Assembly: GCA_049324755.1 (NCBI GenBank)
Contig: JBMOMZ010000067.1
Location: forward strand, 1,280 to 65,279
DNA length: 64,000 bases
Direction: 5' to 3'
Origin: Pseudomonadota bacterium
GTDB taxonomy: Bacteria; Pseudomonadota; Gammaproteobacteria; Enterobacterales; Permianibacteraceae
Shown here: in pieces, positions 19,718 to 30,408 of the stretch
How positions within the stretch are numbered: position 1 is the stretch's first letter
Layout of the letters: each line of letters opens with the position of its first letter
Notes under the pieces: model-generated
The model's database searches: none
Seen by the model: only the letters and a program-made list of their open reading frames with translations
Told to the model about the DNA's origin: nothing
Made by a program: the position numbers and the translations under genes

Positions 19718-22700
19718 TCAGTGCAGGCGTCGCTGGCGTGACAAGAGTCCGAGCAGCGCAAGCGTAGCAAGTGCCAGGCTACCGCCGCCGCCACCGCCAC
19801 CACTTGACGGTGGCGGTGTGCTGTTGCGAACGGTGATGGTTACGGTGTCGCTGGCCGATTGACCGAGGTTGTCGGTCACGGTCAGTTGCAGGGTCAACGA
19901 GCTGTCGCTGTCAACGCTCGGGGCGGTAAATGTTGTGCTGGCGGCAGCACTGTTAGCCAGTGTCACCGATGGACCACTGAGTTGCTGCCAACGATAGCTG
20001 GCAATGCTGCCATCGCTGTCTGTACCAGTGCCGTTCAAGGTTACCGTGGCGCCTTCAGTTACCGTTTGATCCGCGCCGGCATTGGCTGTCGGGGCCTGGT
20101 TTTCCGCAGGCGATACGGTGATGACAATCTGATCGCTGGCCTTTTCCTGGGCGGTGTCGCTGACGGTGAGCTCGAACACCAGTGAGGTACTCAATGCTAC
20201 GGCTGGCGCGGTAAAGCTGGTGTCTGCGCTGTTGTTGCTCGTGAGCGTTACGGTTGGCCCGGACAACTGCCGCCAGCGGTAGCTGGCAATCGCGCCGTCG
20301 CTGTCGGCAGCGATGCCGGTCAGGTTCACCACCGCTCCCTGAATGACCACTTGGTCTGCCCCGGCATTGACGGTCGGTACCGCGGTCACGGTCCAGACAA
20401 AGCTTTCAACCGCGTTGGCCTGCGTATCGTCGCTCTTGGCCGGTGCTACCGCGTTGACACCGAGACCGCGCCGCGCAAACGCTTGACGAAACAACTCCAC
20501 ATCATTCGGCGTTTCATTCGGTTGCAAGGCGGCTACCGCATCAAGCTGGGCGTCGCGAGCCTCGATGAAGTCCGGTTCGAATACTGCCGTGTTCTTCATG
20601 CCCTGCACCAGGTATTCGCGCATCCGCGATTGCGCCGCCTGGTAACCGCGGTTTCGCAGCAGATTGACGTAGGCATCCCACAGCGCGCTGGCCCAGATTT
20701 CACCGGTGTTGTGCACCTCGCTGTTGTTGCTGCCACTGCCGCCGTCGGGCAGGACAACGCCATTGCTGATGTGGCGGAAACTCAGCGCATTGCTATCGGG
20801 ATCGCTGCTGTACGGGAAACGACGCAAGCCATTGCCGAAATCATTGACCGCGTAGCCGGAAAAGCCGTAGCTACCGGCCCAGTTGCCTGCATCGCTCGCG
20901 GCTGACAAGGCCAGCATGGCGGCGAAATCCGACCAGCCTTCGTCCATGCCATTGGCCTGGCTGGCTGCGCCGATGTTCATGATGCGGTTGGTGAGGTAAT
21001 GGCCCCACTCGTGCGCGACCAGCGCCGAATCCAGCGCGCCGTCAATCGGCGTGGCGGTGCTGCGGCTGAGCGCGGCGTTGACGGTGCCGCCGGTCATGGC
21101 GGATTTGATGGCATTGCCGTCATCCTGGCTGATCAGCAGCGCACCGATGTTGATCACGGTGGTATTGCCGTCCGGCAAGCCCATGGTCAGCGTGCCGCTG
21201 GTGTTGTTGGCGACCAGAACCGCGAGCGCACCGGCGCTTTGCGCGCGTTCGACCTTGTCAATGAAGTTGCAGTTGCCGCGATCAACCAAGGCGATCTTGC
21301 CGCTGAGTGCCGCGGCATTGGTCAGCGCCTCGCAGCCATCGGTGGGACTCAGGCCGGCACCGTCCTGCATCAGCACGAGCTCGCCGCCGGTCGTGAAATT
21401 GTCCGGACCAAAGCTGGCGTGACCCGACGCATAACTGCCGGTCACGGCGCCACTGACGGTGACCGACGACTCGGTCGGGCCATCGAACAGGAACACCTGC
21501 ATGCGCGGCGAAGCAAACGCCGGCACGCTCATGTTGGCATTGTTGCTGCCGTCGAAATCCTGAATCTCGACCAGCATCCGATTGGCATCGGTCGCGGTAC
21601 CGGTCGTAAAGCCGGCGTCGTGAAAATAGTCGTGCAACCAGTTCACGACGTAAAACGCTTGCGTCATCGCAGCGTTCTGATTGCTCACGCTGGTGCGGAC
21701 ATCGGCATTGCCATCGAATGTCCAGTGAAATTGCCCGGCCGCACTGACCGGGCCACGGCGATCACCGGTGTTGAACCCATCAGCGCCGCTGATGTCGAGA
21801 TAGACCTCGGCGTGATGTCCGGTCAGGGTCGTGGCACCTTCCGGCAGCCACGGATTGCTATGGCTGGTCGCAAGCTCTTCGATGCTCAAATCGTTGGCAC
21901 TGATGTAGGTCGGCGTTAACTCGCCGGCCGGCAACGGGGTCAGATCGCCATAAGGGCTGTCGATGGGGCGCAGCGCATTGTCCGGATGATTGGCGTCATG
22001 GCCGTAGACGCGGTAACTGAAACTGGCATCGCGGGTCAATGAGCGGCGCAGCAGCAGCTCGCCCTGATCACTCAGCACGATCTGCCACAACCGGCTGCTG
22101 CGTTCGCCACTGCTGACTGCAATTTCATAGGACCAGGCCGGCAGCAGTGCCGCGCCTTGTTTGGCATACACCGCCATGGCGCGGACCTCACGAACAGGAC
22201 CGCTGCTGCTGTGCCAATGCAGCTCGGGGCCGGCGGCTCGCCATGTCGTCACCGATGGCGCGCGGGTTTCCAGTGCGGCGGCAGCGAGGCTCAGCAGGCG
22301 CGCGGCTTGCGCTGGCGCTTTGCTGTGGCGGCGGATCGGCGCCTGCGCAGCCGGTTCGCCGCTGACCATGCGCAAGCGCGCTGCGTTGTCGACCAAGGCC
22401 GTGAGCCTGCCATGCAACACCGGCACGCCATCGAAGGCTTGCTGCCAGCTGTAACGGGTGGCGCCGCTGCGCAGGGGTTCAATGCGAGCCTCACCGAGCG
22501 CATGACTCGCGCTGCCATCCAGCCCCTGTATCGGCGCGATGAACTGCTTCAGTTGTTCGGCTTGCGCCGCTGTTGCCGTTTTGGTGAGGACGCCGGTGCC
22601 GGGCGCGGCGATGCCATCAAAGCGGACATAACGTGGCTGACCGCTGTCGCTGCGGTGGAGCACGGTAACGGCCGAACTGGCATCGACCCCGGCGGCAGAC

Positions 22701-22744
22701 ATCAGCGCCAGGCCAATCGCAAGCGCTACAGCGGCATTTCGCAT
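19718..22744 (-). CDS. secreted M36 (fungalysin)-like zinc metalloprotease with PA domain, two PKD-like repeats and GlyGly-CTERM tail
   Basis: Trimmed to ATG (complement 22742-22744), signal peptide MRNAAVALAIGLALMSAAG. HExxH is VAHEWGHYLTNR, with GMDEGWSDF downstream (fungalysin-type). PA domain: GKIALVDRGNCNFIDKVERAQSAGALAVLVANN. There are two ~89-aa repeats (NAGADQ...DSDG.IASYRW.QLSGP.VTL...). The C-terminus is SSGGGGGGGSLALATLALLGLLSRQRRLH. Confidence 0.85.
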   Translation of the reverse strand: MRNAAVALAIGLALMSAAGVDASSAVTVLHRSDSGQPRYVRFDGIAAPGTGVLTKTATAAQAEQLKQFIAPIQGLDGSASHALGEARIEPLRSGATRYSWQQAFDGVPVLHGRLTALVDNAARLRMVSGEPAAQAPIRRHSKAPAQAARLLSLAAAALETRAPSVTTWRAAGPELHWHSSSGPVREVRAMAVYAKQGAALLPAWSYEIAVSSGERSSRLWQIVLSDQGELLLRRSLTRDASFSYRVYGHDANHPDNALRPIDSPYGDLTPLPAGELTPTYISANDLSIEELATSHSNPWLPEGATTLTGHHAEVYLDISGADGFNTGDRRGPVSAAGQFHWTFDGNADVRTSVSNQNAAMTQAFYVVNWLHDYFHDAGFTTGTATDANRMLVEIQDFDGSNNANMSVPAFASPRMQVFLFDGPTESSVTVSGAVTGSYASGHASFGPDNFTTGGELVLMQDGAGLSPTDGCEALTNAAALSGKIALVDRGNCNFIDKVERAQSAGALAVLVANNTSGTLTMGLPDGNTTVINIGALLISQDDGNAIKSAMTGGTVNAALSRSTATPIDGALDSALVAHEWGHYLTNRIMNIGAASQANGMDEGWSDFAAMLALSAASDAGNWAGSYGFSGYAVNDFGNGLRRFPYSSDPDSNALSFRHISNGVVLPDGGSGSNNSEVHNTGEIWASALWDAYVNLLRNRGYQAAQSRMREYLVQGMKNTAVFEPDFIEARDAQLDAVAALQPNETPNDVELFRQAFARRGLGVNAVAPAKSDDTQANAVESFVWTVTAVPTVNAGADQVVIQGAVVNLTGIAADSDGAIASYRWRQLSGPTVTLTSNNSADTSFTAPAVALSTSLVFELTVSDTAQEKASDQIVITVSPAENQAPTANAGADQTVTEGATVTLNGTGTDSDGSIASYRWQQLSGPSVTLANSAAASTTFTAPSVDSDSSLTLQLTVTDNLGQSASDTVTITVRNSTPPPSSGGGGGGGSLALATLALLGLLSRQRRLH
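19721..19822 (-). other. GlyGly-CTERM-type sorting signal (predicted rhombosortase substrate tail)
   Basis: Gly run + Ser, a hydrophobic helix (LALATLALLGLL), then a basic cluster (SRQRRLH) at the extreme C-terminus. Confidence 0.65.
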
Positions 22745-22819
22745 GTTTTCCTCCGGTGGCCGGCAATCGGGCGGCCGGTTTTGTTCAGTGGCGGTCAATC
22801 TTTCTACGGCAACAGCGCG

Positions 22820-24220
22820 CTACCGGGCCAGCAGATCGGCCACGCACGCGGTGATTTTTTTCACCATCGGAATGTGCAGGAACTCGTTCGGCCCGTGCGC
22901 GTTCGAATGCGGGCCGAGCACGCCGGTAACAACGAACTGGGCGTTCGGCAGCCGATCGGACAAAAAGCGCATGAACGGGATGGTGCCGCCGCAGCCATAG
23001 GCGACCGCCGGCTTGCCGAAATAGCGCTGGGACACTTCCTGCAGCTGCTCATTCAGTTTCGGCGTGAACGCCGGCGCGTTCCAGCCGGTATCGGCACCGG
23101 TGATGTCGAAGCTCACTTTGGCGCCATAAGGCGGATCGCGTTCGAGCAGTTTTTTCAGTTCCGCCGCGCAGTGCTTGGCGTCCAGATCCGGTGGCAAGCG
23201 CAGGCTCAGTTTCACGGCCGTGTAGGGCCGCAGCGTGTTGCCGGCATTGGCCAGCGCCGGTATGCCGTCAACGCCGGTGACGCACAGCGTCGTGCGCCAG
23301 GTGTTGTTCAGCAGTTGTTCGCTGTAATCGCGGGTGACCGGCCGCATGCCGCGGACGAACGGATAGGACTTGGCAATTTCCTCATGCAACACTTCAGCTG
23401 CATAAGCCGATTCGGCGACGCGATAGGTCGGGATATTGGTTTTGAGAAACTCCGGCAGGATTTCACCGGTGTTGCTGTTCTCGATGCGGTCCAGCAGTTC
23501 ACGCAGGATCCGGAACGACGACGGCACAATGCCGCTGGCGGCGCCGGAGTGCACACCTTCGGTCAGCACTTCCACTTTCAGGGTACCGAGCATGTTGCCG
23601 CGCAGGGAGGTGGTCGACCAGAACTGCTCGTAATTGCCGCACATTGAATCGAGGGCGACCACCAGTTCCGGCTGGCCGATGCGCGCCGACAAGGCTTCCA
23701 TGTAGGCGGGCAGATCCGGCGAGCCGCTTTCTTCCGAGCATTCGATCAGCATCACGGTGCGGCCAAACTGGCGGCCGGATTGCAGCAGCCAGTGCAGGGC
23801 GGCGAACGAGGCGAAGATCGCATAGCCGTCATCGGCGCCGCCGCGGCCATATAACTTGTCGTCACGTCGCACCGGCTCCCACGGTGCCAGCCCTTCCGCC
23901 CAACCGCTGAATTCCGGTTGCTTGTCGAGATGGCCATAAACCAGGGTATTGCCCTGACCGTTGCCGGGCACGTCGACCAGCAATACCGGTGTGCGACCGG
24001 GCAGCCGATGCACTTCCAGCTTCATGTCCGGCAGCGGATGCTTGCGGCACCAGTCGGCGACGAGCTCGATCGCGCGATCCATGTGGCCGTTTTTCGCCCA
24101 ATCGGGATCAAAATGCACCGACTTGTTCGGGATGCGGATGTACTCGGCCAGGGTCGGCAGGATGTCCTGTTCCCAGAACTTTTCCAGAAACTCAGGGATC
24201 GAATGGTTAGCAGTTGTCAT
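22820..24220 (-). CDS. M20 family metallopeptidase (dipeptidase-like)
   Basis: 466 aa. Motifs [31 protein letters not shown] and the C-terminal HGPNEFLHI are typical of the M20/ArgE/DapE/CPG2 clan. Confidence 0.8.
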   Translation of the reverse strand: MTTANHSIPEFLEKFWEQDILPTLAEYIRIPNKSVHFDPDWAKNGHMDRAIELVADWCRKHPLPDMKLEVHRLPGRTPVLLVDVPGNGQGNTLVYGHLDKQPEFSGWAEGLAPWEPVRRDDKLYGRGGADDGYAIFASFAALHWLLQSGRQFGRTVMLIECSEESGSPDLPAYMEALSARIGQPELVVALDSMCGNYEQFWSTTSLRGNMLGTLKVEVLTEGVHSGAASGIVPSSFRILRELLDRIENSNTGEILPEFLKTNIPTYRVAESAYAAEVLHEEIAKSYPFVRGMRPVTRDYSEQLLNNTWRTTLCVTGVDGIPALANAGNTLRPYTAVKLSLRLPPDLDAKHCAAELKKLLERDPPYGAKVSFDITGADTGWNAPAFTPKLNEQLQEVSQRYFGKPAVAYGCGGTIPFMRFLSDRLPNAQFVVTGVLGPHSNAHGPNEFLHIPMVKKITACVADLLAR

Positions 24221-24421
24221 GCGCGGTCTCCTGCGACGGTTTCTAGAAGATTGGTCCGCGGTCCGGCCAGTTGTACAGGTTGGTCAGACCAGCGAAAAAA
24301 GCCTGACTGGCATAATACCGCGTCCATCGCCGGGGCTACACCATTGAGCCTTGGTGACTTTGTCCACGTATCAGACGGCGATTGTTTCAACTTGATGAAC
24401 GTAGCGCCGCCGGAGTCCTCG

Positions 24422-24940
24422 ATGTCCAGACCGTCTTCTTTCAACCGGGAGCAATTGTTGGAGTGTGCCGAAGGCCGCATGTTCGGCCCCGGTAACGCTC
24501 AGCTGCCGGCCCCCAACATGCTGATGTTTGATCGCATTACCCACATCAGCGACGAGGGCGGCGAGCACGGAAAGGGTGAGATCATTGCCCAGCTCGATAT
24601 CAAGCCGGATCTCTGGTTTTTCGCCTGCCATTTCAAAGGCGATCCGGTCATGCCGGGTTGCCTCGGTCTGGATGCCATGTGGCAGCTGGCCGGTTTCTTC
24701 CTGCCCTGGAAAGGTTTGCCGGGCCGCGGCCGCGCACTCGGTGTTGGTGAAGTGAAATTCTTCGGTCAGATCCTGCCGACCGCCAAGCTGGTCGAGTACC
24801 GCATCCAGATCAAACGGGTCATTGCCCGCAAGTTGAATCTGGTCATCGGCGACGGCAGCGTCAGCGTCGACGGCAAACAAATTTACACGGCCACCGATTT
24901 GCGGGTCGGCCTGTTCAGCAACATGGCGGAGTTCGCGTAA
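24422..24940 (+). CDS. fabA: 3-hydroxydecanoyl-ACP dehydratase / trans-2-decenoyl-ACP isomerase
   Basis: Trimmed to ATG 24422 ([39 protein letters not shown]...). Active-site region [24 protein letters not shown]. 172 aa. Confidence 0.95.
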   Translation: MSRPSSFNREQLLECAEGRMFGPGNAQLPAPNMLMFDRITHISDEGGEHGKGEIIAQLDIKPDLWFFACHFKGDPVMPGCLGLDAMWQLAGFFLPWKGLPGRGRALGVGEVKFFGQILPTAKLVEYRIQIKRVIARKLNLVIGDGSVSVDGKQIYTATDLRVGLFSNMAEFA

Positions 24941-26157
24941 TGCAACGCGTAGTGATTACCGGCATGGGCATCGTCTCCTGCCTGGGTAACAACCAACAGG
25001 AAGTGCTCGAATCGTTGAAGGCCGGCAAGTCTGGCATCCGCACCGACCAGAGCCATATCGACAAGCAATTCCGCAGCCAGATCAGCGGCGTGCCGCAAAT
25101 TGATCTGGATGCGCTGATTGATCGCAAGCTCAAGCGCTTCATGGGCGACGGCGCCGCGTATGCCTATTTGTCGATGAAAGAAGCCATCGAACAGGCCGGC
25201 CTGACCCAGGAACAGGTCAGCTCGCTGCGCACGGGGCTTATCGCCGGTGCCGGCGGCCACTCGCCGCGCAATGAATTCGATGCGATCAAAACCCTGGAAG
25301 AGCGCGGCCTGCGCCGGGTCGGCCCGTACATGGTGCCGCGGGTGATGGCGTCGAGCATTTCGGCCAACCTCGCGACCGCATTCCAGATCAAGGGCATCAA
25401 CTATTCGATCTCGTCGGCCTGCGCCACCAGCGCCCACTGCATTGGCAATGCGATGGAGCAGATCCAGCTCGGCAAGGCCGATGTGATGTTTGCCGGCGGC
25501 GGCGAAGAGTGCTTCTGGTCGTTCAGCATGATGTTCGACGCCATGGGCGCGCTGTCGACCAAGTACAACGACACTCCGGAAAAAGCCTCGCGTGCCTATG
25601 ACAAGAATCGCGACGGTTTCGTCATCGCGGGCGGTGGCGGCATTGTTGTGCTGGAGTCGCTGGAGCATGCATTGAAGCGCGGTGCCAACATCATCGCCGA
25701 AGTGGTCGGTTACGGAGCTACCTCAGACGGTGCCGACATGGTCGCGCCGAGCGGCGAAGGCGCGGCACGCTGCATGCGGCAGGCGCTGGCGACCTGCAAG
25801 CTGCCGGTCGATTACATCAACACCCACGGCACCTCGACGCCGGTCGGTGATGTCGCCGAGCTCGGTGCCATCCGCGCCGTATTCGGCAAGGAAGTGCCGC
25901 CGATCAGCTCGACCAAGTCGCTGTCCGGTCACTCGCTCGGTGCTGCTGGCGTGCAGGAAGCCATCTACAGCCTGTTGATGATGCAGAACGATTTCATCTG
26001 CGCCTCGGCCAATATCGAAGAGCTGGATCCGGAAGCCGCCGATCTGCCCATCGTGCTGGAAACCCGTCATGGCGTGAAGCTCAACACCGTGCTGTCGAAC
26101 AGCTTCGGTTTTGGCGGCACCAACGCCACGCTGGTGATGCAGCGCTTCCAGAAGTAA
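24940..26157 (+). CDS. fabB: beta-ketoacyl-ACP synthase I
   Basis: 405 aa with active-site Cys context [21 protein letters not shown] and GHSLGAAG. It follows fabA with a TAATG overlap. Confidence 0.95.
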   Translation: MQRVVITGMGIVSCLGNNQQEVLESLKAGKSGIRTDQSHIDKQFRSQISGVPQIDLDALIDRKLKRFMGDGAAYAYLSMKEAIEQAGLTQEQVSSLRTGLIAGAGGHSPRNEFDAIKTLEERGLRRVGPYMVPRVMASSISANLATAFQIKGINYSISSACATSAHCIGNAMEQIQLGKADVMFAGGGEECFWSFSMMFDAMGALSTKYNDTPEKASRAYDKNRDGFVIAGGGGIVVLESLEHALKRGANIIAEVVGYGATSDGADMVAPSGEGAARCMRQALATCKLPVDYINTHGTSTPVGDVAELGAIRAVFGKEVPPISSTKSLSGHSLGAAGVQEAIYSLLMMQNDFICASANIEELDPEAADLPIVLETRHGVKLNTVLSNSFGFGGTNATLVMQRFQK

Positions 26158-26175
26158 GCCTTACAGCCTGAAAAC

Positions 26176-26201
26176 AAAAAGCCGGCGCTGCCGGCTTTTT
26201 T
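26176..26201. terminator. bidirectional terminator (fabB / MCP)
   Basis: aaaaagccggc-gct-gccggctttttt. Confidence 0.8.
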
Positions 26202-26218
26202 GTTGGCTGTGGCATTGG

Positions 26219-27835
26219 TTACACCGTAAACCGTGCCGACAAGCCCACCAGTTCCTGCACTTCTTTGCGCATCTCGCCACAGGCCTGTCGCACCCGCTCG
26301 TTGCAGCGGGCGACGGTGCCGCTCAGTTCATGGATGCGCACCATGTTGCGGCTAATGGTTTCCGACACCGCGGCCTGCTGTTCGGTCGCAGTAGCGATCT
26401 GGGTCGTCATTTCGGCAATGGTGTGGCTGGCGCGATCAATTTCGTCAAGCTGCGAGCCAGCCTGATTGGCAATGGTCAGTGAATTGCCGGCGCTGTTGCG
26501 ACTGGTCTGCATGCTGTCGACCGCAGCCTGCGACTCGCGCTGCAATTGCTGAATGATGCCGGCAATTTCCTTGGTCGACTCCTGGGTCCGCTGGGCGAGG
26601 TTGCGGACTTCATCGGCGACCACGGCAAAACCCCGGCCTTGGTCCCCGGCGCGGGCCGCTTCAATGGCAGCATTCAAGGCCAGCAGGTTGGTTTGTTCGG
26701 CAATGCCGCGGATGACATCCAGCACCTGACCAATCGAGCCCGCTTGCTGGTCGAGCCGAGTGATGACGTTATTGGCCTCTTCGATATGATGCTGCAACTC
26801 CTGCATGGCGTTGGCCACGCTGGACACGGCCTGACGGCCGCCTTCGGTGGATTGGCTGACAACTTTCGCGGCTTCGGCCGCCGCGCTGGCATTGCGCGCT
26901 ACCTCGGTAATGGATGCACTCATCTGGGTGCTGGCGGCGGCAACCTGATCCGATTCCCGCTGCTGCTCCATGCAGGCATTGGTCGCTTCGCCGATTTCGT
27001 TGGTCACGGCGCCGGCCTGCTTGGCGGTTTGTTCGACCACGCCACTCACGCTGCGCAGCACATCGCGAAAACGCGCCAGCATCTGGTTGAACGCCTTGCC
27101 GGCTTCGCCCCATTCATCGTCGCGGTTGCTGTCGACCGTCAGGGTCAGATCGAGCTGTTGCTCGGCCCGTTTCATGGTGTCATTCAAGGCCAGCAACGGG
27201 CCGGAAATACTGCGGTAGAGCCACCAGCCTGCGGCCAGCAAGATCGCGGTGATCACGATGCTCATCAGGATGAAGAAGAAGCGCAGCGAGCTGTAGTCGG
27301 CTGCCACGGTCTCGCGCTGCTCGGCGGCAACGCGCAGCTGCAGGTCGATGAGTTTGGTGATGTGGGCGCTGATCGGATCAATCTGCTGATACAGCGGACC
27401 GTCAAACTGACTGAGCTCGCTGCTGGCATTTCCCTGTTTTCCGGCTATGCTGCTCTGGATAGCCACAATGGCCTGGTCGGCAGCACGAAACAGTGGCTCG
27501 GCTTCGCGCACCAGCACCCGCTCCTCGTCGGTCAGCTTGGTGGCGGTGTAGCGCTGCCATTCTTCCCGGATCACCTTATTGGCGTTATTGAGCTCACTGT
27601 TGACCTGTTCGGCGCTGAACAGGCCGGCATTACCCTTGTTTACCGCGTCGATCACGAACACGGCATAAGCATCGGCAATCAGCTTTAACTGTTTCAGTGG
27701 TACCACACGGTCGTCATAAATGCTGGCGACACTGGCATTGATGCTACCAAGGCTGCGGATGGCGATGACAGAAATCAACGCCAGCAGCACAACGGGAACA
27801 GCAAGACTGAACAGCAAGCGGGATTTGACAGTCAT
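26219..27835 (-). CDS. methyl-accepting chemotaxis protein
   Basis: 538 aa with an N-terminal TM helix, a helical sensor, a second TM helix ([22 protein letters not shown]), HAMP, and the conserved signalling hairpin [34 protein letters not shown]. Confidence 0.9.
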   Translation of the reverse strand: MTVKSRLLFSLAVPVVLLALISVIAIRSLGSINASVASIYDDRVVPLKQLKLIADAYAVFVIDAVNKGNAGLFSAEQVNSELNNANKVIREEWQRYTATKLTDEERVLVREAEPLFRAADQAIVAIQSSIAGKQGNASSELSQFDGPLYQQIDPISAHITKLIDLQLRVAAEQRETVAADYSSLRFFFILMSIVITAILLAAGWWLYRSISGPLLALNDTMKRAEQQLDLTLTVDSNRDDEWGEAGKAFNQMLARFRDVLRSVSGVVEQTAKQAGAVTNEIGEATNACMEQQRESDQVAAASTQMSASITEVARNASAAAEAAKVVSQSTEGGRQAVSSVANAMQELQHHIEEANNVITRLDQQAGSIGQVLDVIRGIAEQTNLLALNAAIEAARAGDQGRGFAVVADEVRNLAQRTQESTKEIAGIIQQLQRESQAAVDSMQTSRNSAGNSLTIANQAGSQLDEIDRASHTIAEMTTQIATATEQQAAVSETISRNMVRIHELSGTVARCNERVRQACGEMRKEVQELVGLSARFTV

Positions 27836-27909
27836 AACGGCATCCCTCAGACGCGACGGCTATCCCTGTCTGTTACTGCATCCTGATGCCGCAAGTGTAG
27901 TCCGGGATT

Positions 27910-27933
27910 AAAAAAAAGGCCCCATTCGGGGCC
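27910..27933 (-). terminator. rho-independent terminator downstream of the small heat-shock gene
   Basis: The minus strand reads ggcccc-gaat-ggggcc followed by a T8 run. Confidence 0.7.
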
Positions 27934-28029
27934 GGAGATGAAACCGGGATACCGCGCAAGCTGGCACCCCCGTCAGGAGATGGGTTGGGCTCAGGGACTG
28001 ACGGCAGTGTCAGTGCCTGCCGAACCAGG

Positions 28030-28476
28030 TCAGCGGCTTACACGGATACGCTTTTCGACGCTGGCACTGCGCTTCGGGATACGGATTTCCAGCACACCAT
28101 GACTGGACGTGGCCGAGATCTCATCGGTGTTGGCGGTGTCCGGCAACGCGAACTGACGGTAGAAACTGCCATAACTGCGCTCAATCCGATGGAAGTTGGT
28201 TTCATCCGACTCCTTCGAGAACTCGCGTTCGCCCTTCAAGGTCAGCACACCGTTGCTGGTGGTAATTTCAATCTTGTCCGGATCGATACCCGGCAAGTCG
28301 GCCAGCAGCACAATTTCCTTACCGTTATCTTTGACATCAACCGAGGGCAACCAATTGCCGCTGTAAAGCTCGCCCTTACTGTCGCCTGCGCGCGGCAGCC
28401 GGTTATCGAACAGTTGGTTGATTTCCCGGTGCAGTTGGTCAAACATGGACCACGGTTGGTAACGCATCAGCGTCAT
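28030..28476 (-). CDS. Hsp20/alpha-crystallin family small heat-shock protein (IbpA-like)
   Basis: Trimmed to ATG (complement 28474-28476): MTLMRYQPWSMFDQLHREINQLF...WLPSVDVKDNGKEIVLLADLPGIDPDKIEITTSNGVLTLKGERE...GVLEIRIPK. Confidence 0.9.
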   Translation of the reverse strand: MTLMRYQPWSMFDQLHREINQLFDNRLPRAGDSKGELYSGNWLPSVDVKDNGKEIVLLADLPGIDPDKIEITTSNGVLTLKGEREFSKESDETNFHRIERSYGSFYRQFALPDTANTDEISATSSHGVLEIRIPKRSASVEKRIRVSR

Positions 28477-28658
28477 GACACGTCTCCTCCTGACTAAGCA
28501 GAGTGAGGTAACGAGGCATGGCAACAGCGAAACTGCCATGCTTCAAACTAGCATGCTGTGCGGCGTAACAAATTGACCCGGATCAACCGTGCGCGAGCTC
28601 CATCTGGCAAATAGATAGGGACGGTCAAATCGACTTCAAGAGCGAGGTGGAAACCAAC

Positions 28659-30074
28659 ATGGAACGCGTCGAACTGCGCTGCTGGGGTGGGGTCGGGGAG
28701 GTCACCGGCTCCTGCTATGAAGTCTCGCTGGGCAAGGAGCGGGTGCTGCTGGATTGCGGCTTGCTGCAAGGCGGCGCCAAGGAAGATGCCCGCAATTATG
28801 ACACTTCCCCGTACGACGCACGTCGCATCGATGCGGTCGTGCTGAGCCATGCCCATCTTGACCATTCCGGGCGCTTGCCGCGGCTGCAGAAGGAGGGGTT
28901 TCGTGGCCCCATCTATACCCACCGGGCCAGCCGCGATCTGTGCAGCATCATGTTGCGTGATTCCGCCCATCTGCAGGAGGCCGACGCCGAGATCGAGAAT
29001 CGCAAACGGGCGCGCAAGGGCCTGAAGTCGATTGAACCGCTCTACACTCAGGTTGATGCCGAGCGGGTCATGAAGCAGTTCCATGGCATGGAATACGGCG
29101 TCTGGCAGGCGCTGACGGAGCGCATGTCGGTGCGGTTGCTCGATGCCGGCCACATCCTGGGTTCAGCCATTGTCGAGCTTAAGGTGCGTGCGCCGGAGCG
29201 CGAACGCACGCTGGTGTTCTCCGGCGATCTTGGCCAATACGGCGCGCCCATCCTGTGCGATCCGAAAACCGTCGAGCACGCTGATCTGCTGCTGATGGAA
29301 AGCACCTATGGTGATCGTGATCACCGCGATTTCGCCGCCACCATTGAAGAGATTGGCGATATCTTCCGCAGCGAGCAATCGCAGCGCGGCAATATCCTGA
29401 TCCCGGCGTTTGCCGTTGGCCGCAGTCAGGAATTGCTCTACCTGATGGCCAAGCATTACCGCGATTGGGGGCTGCATAAGTGGCAGATATTTCTCGACAG
29501 CCCGCTCGCCATTGATGCCACCAATATCTACCTGCGCCATCACGGCTTGTACGACGGCGACGCCGTCAGATTGCTTGGCGAAGGTGACCCCGACCGCGCT
29601 TTGCGCCGCCTGCTGCCCAACCTGCAATTCACCCCGGCGCCGGAGCAGTCGCAATCCATCAATCGCATCCACAGCGGCGCCATTGTCATCGCCGGCAGCG
29701 GCATGTGCACCGGCGGCCGCATCAAGCACCATCTGAAGCATCTGGTCTGGCGCGATACGACGCAAGTGATCATGATCGGCTATCAGGCACGCGGTACGCC
29801 GGGTCGCGCCCTGGTCGAAGGCCGCGACTTTATCCGGCTTTGGGGCGAGGCCATCCGCGTTCGTGCCCGGGTTCACACCATTGGTGGCCTGTCGGCACAT
29901 GCCGGCCAACGCGATCTGCTGCGCTGGTATGAAAGCTTCAAGGAGTTGCCGCCGGTCATGCTCGTGCACGGCGAACAACAGGCGCAGGAAGGCCTGCAAG
30001 CCAAGCTGCGCGAGTTGCACCCGGGCGTGTCGGTGGAGATAGCCAAGCGGGAGCAGGTGGTGTTGTTGAAGTGA
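28659..30074 (+). CDS. MBL-fold metallo-hydrolase with beta-CASP / RNA-specificity domain
   Basis: HxHxDH motif (SHAHLDHSGRLP), beta-CASP motifs (ESTYGDRDH, IPAFAVGRSQELL) and C-terminal LSAHAGQRDL. GTG 28647 is an alternative start. Confidence 0.85.
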   Translation: MERVELRCWGGVGEVTGSCYEVSLGKERVLLDCGLLQGGAKEDARNYDTSPYDARRIDAVVLSHAHLDHSGRLPRLQKEGFRGPIYTHRASRDLCSIMLRDSAHLQEADAEIENRKRARKGLKSIEPLYTQVDAERVMKQFHGMEYGVWQALTERMSVRLLDAGHILGSAIVELKVRAPERERTLVFSGDLGQYGAPILCDPKTVEHADLLLMESTYGDRDHRDFAATIEEIGDIFRSEQSQRGNILIPAFAVGRSQELLYLMAKHYRDWGLHKWQIFLDSPLAIDATNIYLRHHGLYDGDAVRLLGEGDPDRALRRLLPNLQFTPAPEQSQSINRIHSGAIVIAGSGMCTGGRIKHHLKHLVWRDTTQVIMIGYQARGTPGRALVEGRDFIRLWGEAIRVRARVHTIGGLSAHAGQRDLLRWYESFKELPPVMLVHGEQQAQEGLQAKLRELHPGVSVEIAKREQVVLLK

Positions 30075-30138
30075 GGAGAAACTGAGGCTGCTGGTGTTGT
30101 TAGCCAACGCCGAAGTGCTTGTATGCACTGAGCGGCAA

Positions 30139-30335
30139 AGCCCCCACCCCAACCCGTCCAGCCACCAACAGAGTTGGTGTCGTTCGAGTGGCAAATTCGT
30201 CAACTGTGACGAATTTGAATTCCCACTCTTACCCCCCTGGCAGGGGAGGGAGCAAATCCATGCAAACCGACACAGCTGGTGAGATGGGAGCGAAACAGTT
30301 CCTCCCCTGTCAGGGGGAGGCTAGGTGGGGGCTTT
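30139..30335. repeat. G/C-rich REP-like composite element (family 1), interrupted copy
   Basis: gcccccaccccaaccc ... cccctggcaggggagggag ... ctcccctgtcagggggaggctaggtgggggc. The arms are near-identical to the element at 32752-32866. The left arm is split by ~70 nt containing a perfect 11-bp hairpin. Confidence 0.7.
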
Positions 30336-30408
30336 TGCCGAGACACTCTTGCAGCCCGCTTGCTTTCCCTACACGATGCCATCAATCCAAATTTGATCGG
30401 TCACCGCC

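Noticed and set aside
20351-23647. + strand ORFs 20351-20905, 20999-21919 and 22157-23647 opposite the metalloprotease and M20 peptidase
   Set aside because: The minus-strand genes have signal peptides and catalytic motifs. The + frames are low-complexity shadows.
24174-24205. GAACTT-N17-TCGAA sigma-E-like motif ~220 nt upstream of fabA
   Set aside because: It lies inside the M20 peptidase coding region, and motif matches of this quality are expected by chance. There is no supporting context.
23918-24421. Long N-terminal extensions suggested by the track (e.g. fabA from 23918, yciK from 39132, mtaD from 43667, rpsA from 50772, lepA from 12839, ygfZ from 5621, M28 from 33612)
   Set aside because: In each case the homologous protein begins at an internal ATG with a sensible N-terminus or signal peptide. 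The extension also overlaps a neighbouring gene or intergenic repeat.
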